Positions 21,125 to 31,951 of a stretch of DNA of 64,000 nucleotides are shown here, one piece after another. The stretch comes from Naegleria gruberi (taxonomy: Eukaryota). Location: assembly GCA_000004985.1 (NCBI GenBank), contig GG738904.1. One strand, 5' to 3'. The translations under genes and the position numbers were made by a program. The notes beneath the pieces were generated by a model. The model was not told where the DNA came from, did not search any database, and saw only the letters and a program-made list of their open reading frames with translations. Every line of letters starts with the position of its first letter. Within the stretch, counting starts at the first letter, position 1.

Positions 21125-21739
21125 ATGGGCTCTATGCTTTCCTTGTTACCTGCTTCATCGTTTCGTATAACTCCAGTGTTATACGCCTTTTCCTTCTCAT
21201 CAATTGCCTTCTTTGTGAAATATGTTGTTCAGGAGGTCATGATGGTCTTGATGAGTAAGGAGAGAGATCAAGAACCTCATCTATTTGAAGATATTAGGAG
21301 AACCAATTTGGATGACATTCCAAAGGATTGGAATAATAAGCGATCAACCTATGAAAGGTTGAGAAGAATCAAGAAGGAAGATTTTGAAACATTGGTCATG
21401 TTCTTCTTTATTGTGGTTCCATTCTTGATTTTCACAGATGGTGGAGTCAATTCGAATTATACATACGGTGCCACTGGTGCTCAATGGAGTGATCTCTCCA
21501 TTGTCAACTCTGTATTTGGATGCACTCTCATTCTGATCTTTCCAGTGTTGAGATTAATTTCAACAGCCCTCACATTCTTCGTCTCAAAGACTGTAGTTCA
21601 GAATGTAATGAGAATTATGACAATGGCTTACTTTGCCTTATTCATCTTGTACTCTTTCATTATGATCTTTGTTTTCAATTATATTCCTGGTGTTGGTAAT
21701 AATGGTGGAGGTGGTGGTGGAAATACCCCAAAGTACTAA
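21125..21739 (+). CDS. Hypothetical multi-pass membrane protein with C-terminal Gly-rich tail
   Basis: ATG-initiated 204-aa ORF with several hydrophobic segments and a GNNGGGGGGNTPKY end. No recognisable domain. Confidence 0.5.
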   Translation: MGSMLSLLPASSFRITPVLYAFSFSSIAFFVKYVVQEVMMVLMSKERDQEPHLFEDIRRTNLDDIPKDWNNKRSTYERLRRIKKEDFETLVMFFFIVVPFLIFTDGGVNSNYTYGATGAQWSDLSIVNSVFGCTLILIFPVLRLISTALTFFVSKTVVQNVMRIMTMAYFALFILYSFIMIFVFNYIPGVGNNGGGGGGNTPKY

Positions 21740-22085
21740 ATAAATAGAAAGTAGTTATTGTATTCTGGAGATCTTCTTCATCAGATTCTTCTCTGAACTA
21801 ATTCACAATTTATTAAAAACAATATTACTTTGTATTTGATTTGTGGAAGGAGCATACGAAAAGTAAATAACAGCTTCATTTGCATCAGTGGACGCTCCGT
21901 TCTCATTGGTAATTATTGAACTAGTATTTGGTTGATATCCGGATACATAAGGAGTGGCAATTTTCTGAGTTGTTTGATCGACTATTGAAAATGTTTCTTC
22001 AATTACTGGATTAGAAATTAATGTTGTGGATGCAGTTTTGCTTTCTAATGGAAAAGTTGAAGTTTCACCATTTTCAGGAGTTGTT

Positions 22086-22941
22086 TCAATACCTGTCTTT
22101 TGCATTTTCCAACACTTCCAAAGGAATTTCTGCATTTTCTGTTACATCAACATGAGTATCTGTTGTTGCAATATGATTAGTGGTTTTACCAGTCGTGAAA
22201 TTTCCTTTAAAACTAAAATCCAAACTTGGATCATTTTTCCAATAATAGTAAATACCAAGAGCTACCAAACCAACACCAAACCAAATTATTGAACTTATTA
22301 CAAGTGCAACGAATGTAAACATAATTCCAAACTTGTAAGGTGTATACTCATTAGTAGTTGCAAACTGAACCACATTCAAAGGATTATAATAACAAGTTGA
22401 GGACGAATTGACTGGCCAAGCTGCCAAATACTCCTCCACACATCCATAATCATATTTACATTCCTTCTTCATACTGGAAATAACCGTAGCATTTTCCACT
22501 GTTAAATATTCCATTGTAATTGTTGGATTCCAACATTCTTTACAGGACAATGTACACAACCTATCACTCACACTACTACAGCATCGACAATTACATGAGT
22601 GAGAGGTGAACTTTCCATTGGAACAACTTTTACAGGTATCACAACATCTACCACAACAATGATATCCATCGCAGCAATCTTTGGTTGAGTTGATTGGGAG
22701 GGTAATAGATAATGAATCACATGTGGTGCCACCCCCACAACTGGAGCAATAGGTGCAATCTTTGAAACAGCATTTGAAAGAGAGGATTTTTGAGTTTCGA
22801 ACAGTGCATGTGATTGGAAGAAAGGTTTCTTTTACAATAATTTCTGGATAGGTCACTCACACCAATCCAAACTACAAAGAAGACACAGCACCAGCAGCCT
22901 GCACATATGAATTGACTTTGAATAATAGCTTTTCTTTTCAT
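22086..22941 (-). CDS. Cysteine-rich type I membrane protein; proposed join(complement 22863..22941, complement 22086..22759) with a 103-nt intron
   Basis: Exon 1 MKRKAIIQSQFICAGCWCCVFFVVWI (signal peptide), then donor GTGTGAGT and acceptor TTTCAAAG|. The remainder is a Cys-rich ectodomain (CTYCSSCGGGTTCD...CCDGYHCCGRCCDTCKSC...), a TM helix IMFTFVALVISSIIWFGVGLVALGIYYYW and a short tail. 251 codons in frame. The GTG-initiated track ORF lacks a signal peptide. Confidence 0.5.
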
Positions 22942-23195
22942 TGCAGGATTAGTTGTGAGATTCGTCTATTTTTTTGATGAATACTTGAAAACAAATTGAG
23001 CTCACAGATTTTAAATATGGAATTTATTTTGGTAGCCAGTTCACCAAATGAGCGCTCCTTTTACAAACAACCTTAAAGTTTAATTAACCATGTCCAATTA
23101 AAATGATTGGCATGTAACTTTCAAGTTTCGTTCAAAAGGTAATTCAAAAAACATTTCCCAAAACGATTCATAATCTACAAATACTGCAAAAGAAG

Positions 23196-23437
23196 AAAAA
23201 AAGTAGAACCAGGCACGTTTCGATCGTGCGACCAGGGTGCACTAGCTGGGGAAGTATGTTAAATAATTCACAGCTGACATGAAACAGCTTACTATTAGTC
23301 AACTTGCAACCTCATTGTAATACATAGAGTACTGTAGACTCTCACACTGATGCATTACATTGATAGTCGCGTGTTGACAGCTGATCATTGGGGGATCATC
23401 CTTGCTCTCCCAACTGAGCTACAAGTCCTACAATTTT
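23196..23437. ncRNA. Candidate Pol III-transcribed structured ncRNA of unknown class (tRNA-like head / possibly SRP- or SINE-like); strand unresolved
   Basis: Minus strand: perfect tRNA-type A box GGACTTGTAGCTCAGTTGGGAGAGC (23404-23428), B-box-like GCACGATCGAAACGTGC about 190 nt downstream, then T7 (A-run at 23196-23202). Plus strand: ends in TTTT at 23434-23437, carries GCTGATCA and GAAAC-AGC motifs in SRP-like order, and the 5' segment AGCTGGGG can pair with the 3' segment CTCCCAACT. No complete tRNA cloverleaf can be built. Confidence 0.3.
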
Positions 23438-23861
23438 ATAAAGTGTTTATTTGTGACTCTTTTTTGAATGTTACTAAAAATTGAACAAAATTTTGGGTTT
23501 TTCAAAATTGAAAAAATATTATATTTTCTAATGTTTTCAGAAAACAGCTGTTATTAATATCAGATGCTGATTTTCTCAACATTGTAAACTAGGTCCCTCT
23601 AACTCCTTAATTTCTCCCTTGTAACTTATGTATCATTTTTATCCAAATAACCTTATTCAATAGCACTAATCAAGCAAAGTTACTGGATTAAATAATTCTC
23701 CCAAGCGGATTTTTCAAAGTATCAAGAAAAGCGAAATTTGTGATGGAATGCAAAAAAAAACCACGAAAAAAAAATAAGCGAACAACAAAGCCTAAATTTC
23801 TTTCACTGATTTTTTTTTCTTATTAATTTATTTTCTTCATCATTATAATTAATTTATATAA

Positions 23862-25250
23862 ATGTCCACCACTACTACTCAACATAGAGTCTTGTTGCTC
23901 GGATCTGGATTTGTTGCCGGAACCACTCTTGAATCACTCACTCGTGATGGTACTAATACTTTTGTTACTGTAGCTTCTCGTACCTTGAGCAAGTCTATTG
24001 AAATGTGTAAGGAGTATGCTCATGATTATGAGAATAGAACTGCTCAAGTTGCTTTGGATATTGAAAATGAACATGATAAATTGTCTGAATTGGTTAGTCA
24101 ACATGATTTGGCCATTTCCTTGGTTCCATACACTTATCACGTCTTGGTTGCCAAGGCCTGTATTCAACACAGAAAGAATATGGTCACTACAAGTTATATT
24201 TCACCTGCTTTGCGTGAATTAGATCAACAATTCAAGGATTTGGGAATTGCTTCAATGAACGAAATTGGTGTTGATCCTGGTATTGATCACATGATTGCTA
24301 CCAAGATTATTCACGAAGAACAAGATTTGAAGGGAGGAAAGATTAAGAGCTTCTACAGTTGGTGTGGTGGTTTGCCTCATCCAGATCACATTGATAATCC
24401 AATGAAGTATAAATTCTCTTGGTCTCCTCGTGGTGTCTTGATGGCTTTGCAAAATACTGCCAAGTGGATTGAAGGTGGTGAAATTAGAGTTGTTGAACCA
24501 TCAAAGCTTTTGGCTTCTAGAAGAGAATTGAACTTGGCTAAGGATATGCCATTGTTTGAAGGTTATCCAAATCGTGATTCTACTCCATTCAAGGAACATT
24601 ATAATTTGAAATATGCTGATGATGTTTTGAGAGGAACTTTGAGATTCAAGGGTAACTGTGAAGTTGTTGAATTTTTCATTGGAGCTGGTTTGGTTGACTT
24701 GACTCCAAGACCTGATATTAAGGATAAGCAATGGAGAGAAATCATGAAGGAACTCCTCGGAGCTGAAAGTGTTGAAGAATCCGCTCTCAGTGCTGCTCTC
24801 TTGAAGAAATTGAATTTGGAACCAGAATCTGAAAAGGCCAAGAGTGCCACTCATGCATTCCAATTCTATGGTTTGTTCAGTGAAAAGGTTGCTCCATTCA
24901 AGGGTACCTTGTTGGATACCTTCTCTCAAACCTTGTTGGAACAAATGGAATACAAGCCAGGAGAAAGAGATATGCTCTTCATGTGTAATACCTTTGTTAT
25001 TGAAACTGCTGAAGGTAAGAAGAAGACCATTGTTGCCAAATTGGTCGATTTTGGTGATGAAAGAGGTATGTCAATGGCCAAGACTGTTGGTTATCCATGT
25101 GCTGTTGCTACAAAGAAGATTTTGAACGGAGAAATTACTACCAAGGGTGTCTTTGGTCCATACGAATATAACATGAACGAATCAATCATGAAGGAATTGA
25201 AGGAAGTTGAACGTATTCATGTTGATTATGAAGTTTCTGAAGAACAATAA
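23862..25250 (+). CDS. Saccharopine dehydrogenase (NADP+, L-glutamate-forming), monofunctional LYS9 type
   Basis: 462-aa single exon. N-terminal Rossmann motif VLLLGSGFVAG, characteristic central region ...MNEIGVDPGIDHM..., and C-terminal saccharopine dehydrogenase domain. ATG at 23862, TAA stop. Confidence 0.9.
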   Translation: MSTTTTQHRVLLLGSGFVAGTTLESLTRDGTNTFVTVASRTLSKSIEMCKEYAHDYENRTAQVALDIENEHDKLSELVSQHDLAISLVPYTYHVLVAKACIQHRKNMVTTSYISPALRELDQQFKDLGIASMNEIGVDPGIDHMIATKIIHEEQDLKGGKIKSFYSWCGGLPHPDHIDNPMKYKFSWSPRGVLMALQNTAKWIEGGEIRVVEPSKLLASRRELNLAKDMPLFEGYPNRDSTPFKEHYNLKYADDVLRGTLRFKGNCEVVEFFIGAGLVDLTPRPDIKDKQWREIMKELLGAESVEESALSAALLKKLNLEPESEKAKSATHAFQFYGLFSEKVAPFKGTLLDTFSQTLLEQMEYKPGERDMLFMCNTFVIETAEGKKKTIVAKLVDFGDERGMSMAKTVGYPCAVATKKILNGEITTKGVFGPYEYNMNESIMKELKEVERIHVDYEVSEEQ

Positions 25251-25348
25251 ACTGTTTTAATTTCAATTATTATTATTATTATCGTTACAATAGTGTTTAA
25301 CATTTCAATTAAGACTGGGTTGAGTAAAATAATTACAATTTAAAAAAA

Positions 25349-27003
25349 ATGAATCAATTCATTGAGAAGGGACGAGAAATTCTCTCCGAAGCTCTCGAAC
25401 ATGAAAATAAGAAGCAATATCAACAAGCATTGGATAAATACTATTTGGGAATTAAACATTTTATGACCGGATTGAAATGTAAATATATTTATTTAATCAT
25501 CAATTTATTTAAATATTATTTAAATAATATTATATAAATTGATTAATATTGAAGATATTGAAGGACAAAAAACAAAGGAACAAGTAAAAAAGTACATTAA
25601 CGAATATTTGGAAAAGGCTGAAAAAATCAAGGAATTAATTCATGGAAAGGCGAACGTTTCATCAACAATTGGTTCTTCAGCAACGAATAATTCTCAATCA
25701 TCAACATCAGTACCGGTTGGAAAGGAAAAGAGGAGAAAATCACTGATCAAAGAATCTGCAAGTGAAAAGAAAAGTGAGGGAAAGAAGAATCAATCATTGG
25801 AAGAGGTAGAAAGTTTACAAAATATGATTCGGCAATGTATTGTGGATACTAGAGAGGAGATTCCATGGAGTGAAGTAATTGGAATGGATGCACCTAAAGA
25901 AACGATCAATGAGGCATTGATTCTCCCTCGACAATTTCCTCAATTATTTGTTGGAGAGAGAAAGCCAATTAGGACAATACTATTATATGGGTAAGTGGAA
26001 TTATTTAGAATTCAATTCATTGAAAATTGTAGTCCTCCAGGAACTGGAAAGGTTTGTAATCAATTTTTTGAATAGTTTTTGAATATTAATTTAATCAAAG
26101 TCATTCTTTGTAAAAGCAGTGGCTAGTAATATGAAAGAGGTTACGTTCTTTTCAGTTTCTTCAAGTGATATAGTTTCTAAATACATGGGGGAATCTGAAA
26201 AGCTTGTAAAGACACTTTTTGAAGAAGCAAAAAAGAGACAACCAGCTATAATTTTCATTGATGAAATTGATGCTGTAGGATCATCAAGAGAGGGACTTGG
26301 AGGTGGAAGTAGTAATGAGAGTATTTCACGACTGAAAACTGAACTCTTGCTAAAAGTTCAAGATGTTTTGGATATGAAAGATACTGGAATTATTGTCATT
26401 GGAGCCACAAATAGGCCAACGGATTTGGATCCTGCTCTGAGAAGAAGATTTCAAAAACGTATTTATATTCCTCTTCCTGACGAGAATGCAAGAAAGCAAT
26501 TATTCAGAGTTAACTTGGAAGGTGTGGAAGTGGATGTGACACACGAAAATATTGATGAATTCGCCAAATTAACCAACCAATATTCAGGAGCAGATATTGG
26601 AATTATTATAAGGGATGCTCTTATGAAACCAGTAAGAGAAGCAATGAATTCTGACTATTTCAAAACAACAAACGATGGAACCATAGTCCCATGTTCCAGA
26701 AACGAAAAGAACTCTAAAAAGATGAACATGTTGGACATTAAGCAACCAGAAAAATTGAAAATTGCAAAGGTAACTGCTAAGGATATTTATGATTCCATTA
26801 AATCGGTAAAACCTTCCACAAATCCAAGTGAAATACTTTCATTCATTGAATTTACACAAAACTATGGAGAATCTGATAATCCAGTTGAGGAAGAACATGA
26901 AGAAATTGAGAATCAATACAAACGAAAGAAGGATGATAATATCTACGTCCAAGAAATTGGCACTGCTACAGTGCAAAAACCAAAACGAAAGAAATATCTA
27001 TAG
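25349..27003 (+). CDS. VPS4: VPS4-type AAA ATPase (MIT domain + AAA + Vps4 C-terminal); join(25349..25478, 25555..25990, 26032..26050, 26101..27003)
   Basis: MIT: MNQFIEKGREILSEALEHENKKQYQQALDKYYLGIKHFMTGLK|YIEGQ... Walker A is split over a 19-nt micro-exon: ILLYG|PPGTGK|SFFVKAVA. Also has FFSVSSSDIVSKYMGESEKLVK, IIFIDEIDA (Walker B), sensor and Vps4_C-like VPCS...SEILSFIEFTQNYGE. Introns of 76, 41 and 50 nt with GT..AG. 496 codons in frame. Confidence 0.85.
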
Positions 27004-27056
27004 ACTTAATGATCAATAGTTACTTTACAATAAGGAGGTTTATTATTTACATTGAT

Positions 27057-27988
27057 TTACTTATTGGCATCTTCAAAGGCAGACAAATCACTCTCAGCAT
27101 TTTGCTTACCACATGAATTGAACAAGGCGAAACCCTTCTTTGAACTACGTTTACCATCCTTGGTAGTTTTTTCTGGAACTGGTTCAGTAACTTCCTCAAA
27201 TTCATCAAATTCACCATTTCTTTCCTTTCTGACAGTTCTTACCAATGCATCATAGGCATTTTCAATATTGATATTTCTATAAGCAGAGGTTTCAAAGAAT
27301 TTACACTTGGCAAATTGCTTGGCAAAACCTTCACCTTCCTTATAAGAAATAACTCTTTCTTCCTCCAAGTCAATCTTGTTTCCTAAAATACATACTGGAA
27401 TACCTTCCTCACCAACATCACGACTTCTACACAATTGTCCATAGATATCCTTTACTTCCTCAAATGATGAAGCATCTGTAATGCTGTAAACAAGAATGAA
27501 TCCCTATTAATTAATGTTAATATATTTGGAAAATTTCACAAATATTTACTTACATCTCCTTCTCTCATGTATTGATCTCTCATGGCCTAAATGATCAGAT
27601 ATATTAAATTGAATTATTAGAAAGTTAGAATATATTGCTAAATAAAAAACTCACAGTAAATTCTTCTTGACCTGCAGTATCCAATAAACTAATGGAAACT
27701 GGTTTATTGTCGACAGTTCTTTGAACAGTGTAGGCATCTGAGAAAGAGTTGTTAATAATTATGATGAGGATGTTTAAACTTACCTTCAATGGTTGGATCG
27801 TAGCCAAATTTAAATTCCTTCTTGATGAATTGAATAGTAACTGCGGATTTACCTATAATAAATGTTATTAGAAACTATTATTATTAGAATTGAAACGTAC
27901 CCACACCACCGGAACCCAACATGACGAATTTCATTTCGTCTCTTTGTGTTTGGGACATTTCTATGGTTGTTGCGTTAGAGGATGACAT
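27057..27988 (-). CDS. Ras-family small GTPase; join(complement 27901..27988, 27784..27852, 27655..27737, 27554..27586, 27057..27503)
   Basis: G1 GSGGVGKSAVT (split by an intron inside the P-loop), G2 YDPTIED, G3 DTAGQEEF, 33-nt micro-exon AMRDQYMREGD, G4 NKID, G5 ETSA. Donors are GTACGT, GTAAGT, GTGAGT, GTAAGT; acceptors are all AG. 240 codons in frame. C-terminus ...FNSCGKQNAESDLSAFEDANK has no CAAX box. Confidence 0.85.
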
Positions 27989-28179
27989 GTTAGAGATGTT
28001 TTGCTAATTTTTTGCTTTTATTTTAAAAAACAGAAAGTTGACAGGTGAATCCAACTAAGTTCAAAAAGCATTGAATGTTCTAAAACTTGGTTCAATGTTC
28101 ACAGAAAATCAATCCACAAAGGTATTTTGATTTCAAAAAGCTTTTTCACTTCTTACAAAAAGTTTACAGTTATTCTATT

Positions 28180-29217
28180 CTACCTAAAAATTTGAATTCT
28201 ATAATTGTTGGTGTCAGCGACAAGTAATTCACCACTCTGATAATTAATAGCACAACTGAATAAGCCAGAAAATCCACAAAATACCGAAGTGCCATACTCT
28301 CCAAATGAACGAATAAAGTTTCCACTCCTATCGAATATATGAATCTTATCATTTCCTTCATCACATACGAAAATATTTTGATTCGTCTTGTCGACACAAA
28401 TTCCTCTTGGACCATTGAATGAGCTCTTCAATTTCAAAGGAAGAGCACCATACGAATCCAACACAATCAGGACAGAATTCTTCAGAAAATAACTAATGAC
28501 CATTCGTTCATCCATCAAACTTTCCATTCCATAAGCTCCAACAGCAAAACGAGTCCAATAAATGGTCATTAGTTCAGAATCTCCCTTAATATCAATTCCT
28601 GTTTCAATATCCAACACTCTGACTCCTCCATCATTGAAATCTCCAATATAGACATGGCCTCTTCCACGATTCACATAAACAGAACCCAAATACGAATCCT
28701 CTCTGTGAAATTCATCTCTGGTTTTCCATCTGAATTTTCCCAACTCCAAATCATACATGAAAACATGTCCATTATCACATGCAATAATCAAACCATCCTC
28801 TCCATCCAATTGAATTGTACACGGATGAGAATTCAATTGAATATTGAATTTAAATTCCTTTGTATAGCTATCAAAGACACTCACTCTCCTATTACCACAA
28901 TCGGAGACGAGAATTAATGCTCTCTTTTCATCAATTTTAATATCCATTGGAGCATCAAATTGGCCATTCAGTGGTGATTGTATTCTCGTCAAGCCAATTG
29001 TTGTTTCATATTGAAAATTGAGAGAAAAACCAATAATTGATGATTTGTTTTCGGAATTGAATTTTCTTCCACTCAATTTACTTTTAATCTTTTCCATTAA
29101 TATTTCCAACAAGCCATCATCGTCATCATCATTATCTTTATTCTTAATTTCATCCTTGCAATTATTTGCTAAATAATTAAAACAAATAAGAACTCCGCTA
29201 TTTCTCTTTCCTACCAT
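28180..29217 (-). CDS. NHL-repeat (six-bladed beta-propeller) protein
   Basis: 345-aa single exon with ATG at 29217. Repeated NHL-like units (...NQNIFVCDEGNDKIHIFDRSGNFIRSFG..., ...GELLVADTNNYRIQIF...). Confidence 0.75.
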   Translation of the reverse strand: MVGKRNSGVLICFNYLANNCKDEIKNKDNDDDDDGLLEILMEKIKSKLSGRKFNSENKSSIIGFSLNFQYETTIGLTRIQSPLNGQFDAPMDIKIDEKRALILVSDCGNRRVSVFDSYTKEFKFNIQLNSHPCTIQLDGEDGLIIACDNGHVFMYDLELGKFRWKTRDEFHREDSYLGSVYVNRGRGHVYIGDFNDGGVRVLDIETGIDIKGDSELMTIYWTRFAVGAYGMESLMDERMVISYFLKNSVLIVLDSYGALPLKLKSSFNGPRGICVDKTNQNIFVCDEGNDKIHIFDRSGNFIRSFGEYGTSVFCGFSGLFSCAINYQSGELLVADTNNYRIQIFR

Positions 29218-29293
29218 TTTTCTTCTTCAATTTATTTACTTGAACCTTTAGAAAAGCAGCTTCTTTAATTCCCTTCATCATCAAAGCACTTGA

Positions 29294-29740
29294 NNNNNNN
29301 NNNNNNNNNNNNNNNNNNNNNNNNNNNNNNNNNNNNNNNNNNNNNNNNNNNNNNNNNNNNNNNNNNNNNNNNNNNNNNNNNNNNNNNNNNNNNNNNNNNN
29401 NNNNNNNNNNNNNNNNNNNNNNNNNNNNNNNNNNNNNNNNNNNNNNNNNNNNNNNNNNNNNNNNNNNNNNNNNNNNNNNNNNNNNNNNNNNNNNNNNNNN
29501 NNNNNNNNNNNNNNNNNNNNNNNNNNNNNNNNNNNNNNNNNNNNNNNNNNNNNNNNNNNNNNNNNNNNNNNNNNNNNNNNNNNNNNNNNNNNNNNNNNNN
29601 NNNNNNNNNNNNNNNNNNNNNNNNNNNNNNNNNNNNNNNNNNNNNNNNNNNNNNNNNNNNNNNNNNNNNNNNNNNNNNNNNNNNNNNNNNNNNNNNNNNN
29701 NNNNNNNNNNNNNNNNNNNNNNNNNNNNNNNNNNNNNNNN
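29294..29740. other. Assembly gap (447 N)
   Basis: Run of N. ORFs 29198-29755(-) and 29290-29931(+) in the track are read-through artefacts of the gap. Confidence 1.
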
Positions 29741-31736
29741 TGCCTTCATCCTCATCAGGAGAATCCTTATTAATTGAAGCTAATCAAACAAACGCACAAA
29801 GCTTTTTGGAGAATAATCAAACAAGAGCAGTTTCATCATCTAGTAGATCTGTTGATGTTGGTGCCTTGAAGGCCTTCGTGGATGGAAAGTATGCTCACGT
29901 AAGTTTTAATGTTTTTATGCATTTTGGTTGACCACATAATAGACCAAGGAGAAAATTAGAGAAAACACTTTAAAGAAGGATTTTAAACATATCTTTGATT
30001 ATGATACTTTGCATTATCAAGAAGCCCGTAAAGTTTTGATGGGTTGGGCTAAACTTCATACTGAAGAACTTCCATTCGATTTGTTGGATATTCTTAGAAA
30101 TGATTATGGTAAATTTGTTGCATTCTTTGAACAATTGGGTCATTTCAATACATCTTTGGTTGTCAAGATGGCTGTACAATTCTCCTTGTTTTCTGGTACT
30201 TTGGCAAACTTGGGAACTGACAGACATCACGACCTCGTCAGACAAGCTCAAACACTCCAAGTTTTGGGATGCTTTGGTATGACTGAAAAGGGACACGGTT
30301 CAAATGTTCGTGGTATTGAAACTACTGCCACTTATGATCCAAAGACTCAACAATTCATTGTCAATACACCAAATCCTAAGGCCATGAAGACTTGGATTGG
30401 TGGTGCTCAATATTGTCACTTTTCTGTAGTGTTTGCTCACTTGATTATTGGAGGAGAAAATAAGGGTGTTCATGTCTTTTTGGTTCCAATGCGTGACAGA
30501 AATACTCAAAAACTTTTACCAGGTGTTTATGTGGAAGATGTTGAATACAAATTGGGATTGAATGGTATTGACAATTATTCATTCGGATTCAATAATGTTC
30601 GTATTCCACGTACTAATCTCCTCAACAGATATTCAGATGTCACCCCAGAAGGTAAATATGTCTGTAAATTCAAGACTGAATCCCAACACTTTGGTGCTAC
30701 TGTAGGTGAATTGAGTGGTGGTAGAATTGTTATTGGTGCTATCGGTAATGCTGCTGCCAAGTCTTGTCTCGCTATTGCCATCAAGTATGCTTTTGCTAGA
30801 AAGCAATTTGGTCCACCAGGCAAGTCTGAAATTTCAATCATGGAATATCCATCTCACTACACTAGATTAATGCCTCTTCTTGCCAGAACTTTTGCTATTG
30901 CCTCTGGTTTGGCTTATGTTCGTGACCAATATCGTCACAAGCACAAGAATGCTGAAGCTAATGCTTATGGTCACTGTTTGACCTCAGCTATTAAATCAGC
31001 TGCAAGCTTCCACACTCTTCACACTGCTGATATCTGTAGACAAGCTTGTGGTGGTGCTGGTTTCCGTGCTCCAAATTTAATTTCTGGATTCTTGAGAGAT
31101 ACTCACATCTTTGTCACTTTCGAAGGTGATAACCAAGTTTTACTCCAACAAGTTGCCAAATATCTCATTGCTCAATATGCTCAAGGTTGCAAGCAAGGTG
31201 GGTTCAAGGGTACTGTTTTCGAATACTATAAGAATGGTAAGGTTGAATTCGATGGTAAGGAAGATTTGACTTGTCCAAGATATCAATTATACTTGTTCAG
31301 AAACAGAGAAGTCAAGATGACTGAAGAATTGATTAAGAGACTCAGAGATAGAGAAAATAGAGGTGAAGACCAATGGGAATCATTCAAGAATGAAATTGTT
31401 TTTGCCAATGAACTCGGTTTGGCATTTGCTGATAGATTATTACATGAACAATTGCTTAAGGATTCACAACTCTGTGCCTTCTCCATTTCTGGTACTCTCA
31501 GTCTTTTGAGTAAGCTCAATGGTTTAGCTCAACTTCAAAAGTCATTGGCTTGGTTCGTCACTAATGATGTCTTGTGTAAGAATCTTGCCAAACAAGTTGA
31601 TTCTTTGGTCGTTTCTTTATCTAAGGAAGTTAGCAAGATCTCTTTGGATTTGGTTGAATCATTTGATATTCCATCCAATATTCTCCCACCAAGAGCTGAC
31701 TTGTCTGATTACTCTTGTGATACTCCACAACTCTAA
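29741..31736 (+). CDS. Peroxisomal-type acyl-CoA oxidase, 5' end missing in gap; join(<29741..29898, 29943..31736)
   Basis: Upstream exon ...VDVGALKAFVDGKYAH, donor GTAAGT, 44-nt intron, acceptor ATAATAG|. Main exon has the ACOX/acyl-CoA dehydrogenase fold motifs (GMTEKGHGSNVRGIETTATYD, GGAQYCHFSVVFAHLIIGGENKGVHVFLVPMRD, C-terminal ACOX domain). Stop TAA at 31734-31736. Confidence 0.85.
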
Positions 31737-31951
31737 ACTGTAGATAATAATTGTAATTTTAATAGAATATTTATTTTAAACATCAAAACCTTCTAGTTTT
31801 TAACATTCTGTAATTTCAATCTTTTCACTAAATGGACATTCTCTTTCATCATTAATTCAAATGATTAGTTCCAGTTTGTTTTGATTAATGGCCTTATTAC
31901 ACAAATCATTCTCATAATTGTAATAATTGAGAATAATTGATTAACAGTTTA

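Noticed and set aside
22086-22856. GTG-initiated 256-aa version of the Cys-rich protein (MTYPEIIVKETF...)
   Set aside because: Lacks a signal peptide despite type I topology. An upstream ATG exon with a GTGTGAGT donor gives an in-frame signal peptide, so the first 34 residues of the track ORF are intronic.
23404-23428. Possible tRNA gene (perfect D-arm/A-box GTAGCTCAGTTGGGAGAGC)
   Set aside because: No anticodon stem, T-arm or complementary acceptor 3' strand can be found within 100 nt. Treated instead as part of an unclassified ncRNA or SINE-like element.
29198-29931. ORFs 29198-29755(-) and 29290-29931(+) full of X
   Set aside because: Read-through of the 447-N gap. Only the terminal 52 codons of the plus ORF are real (acyl-CoA oxidase upstream exon).
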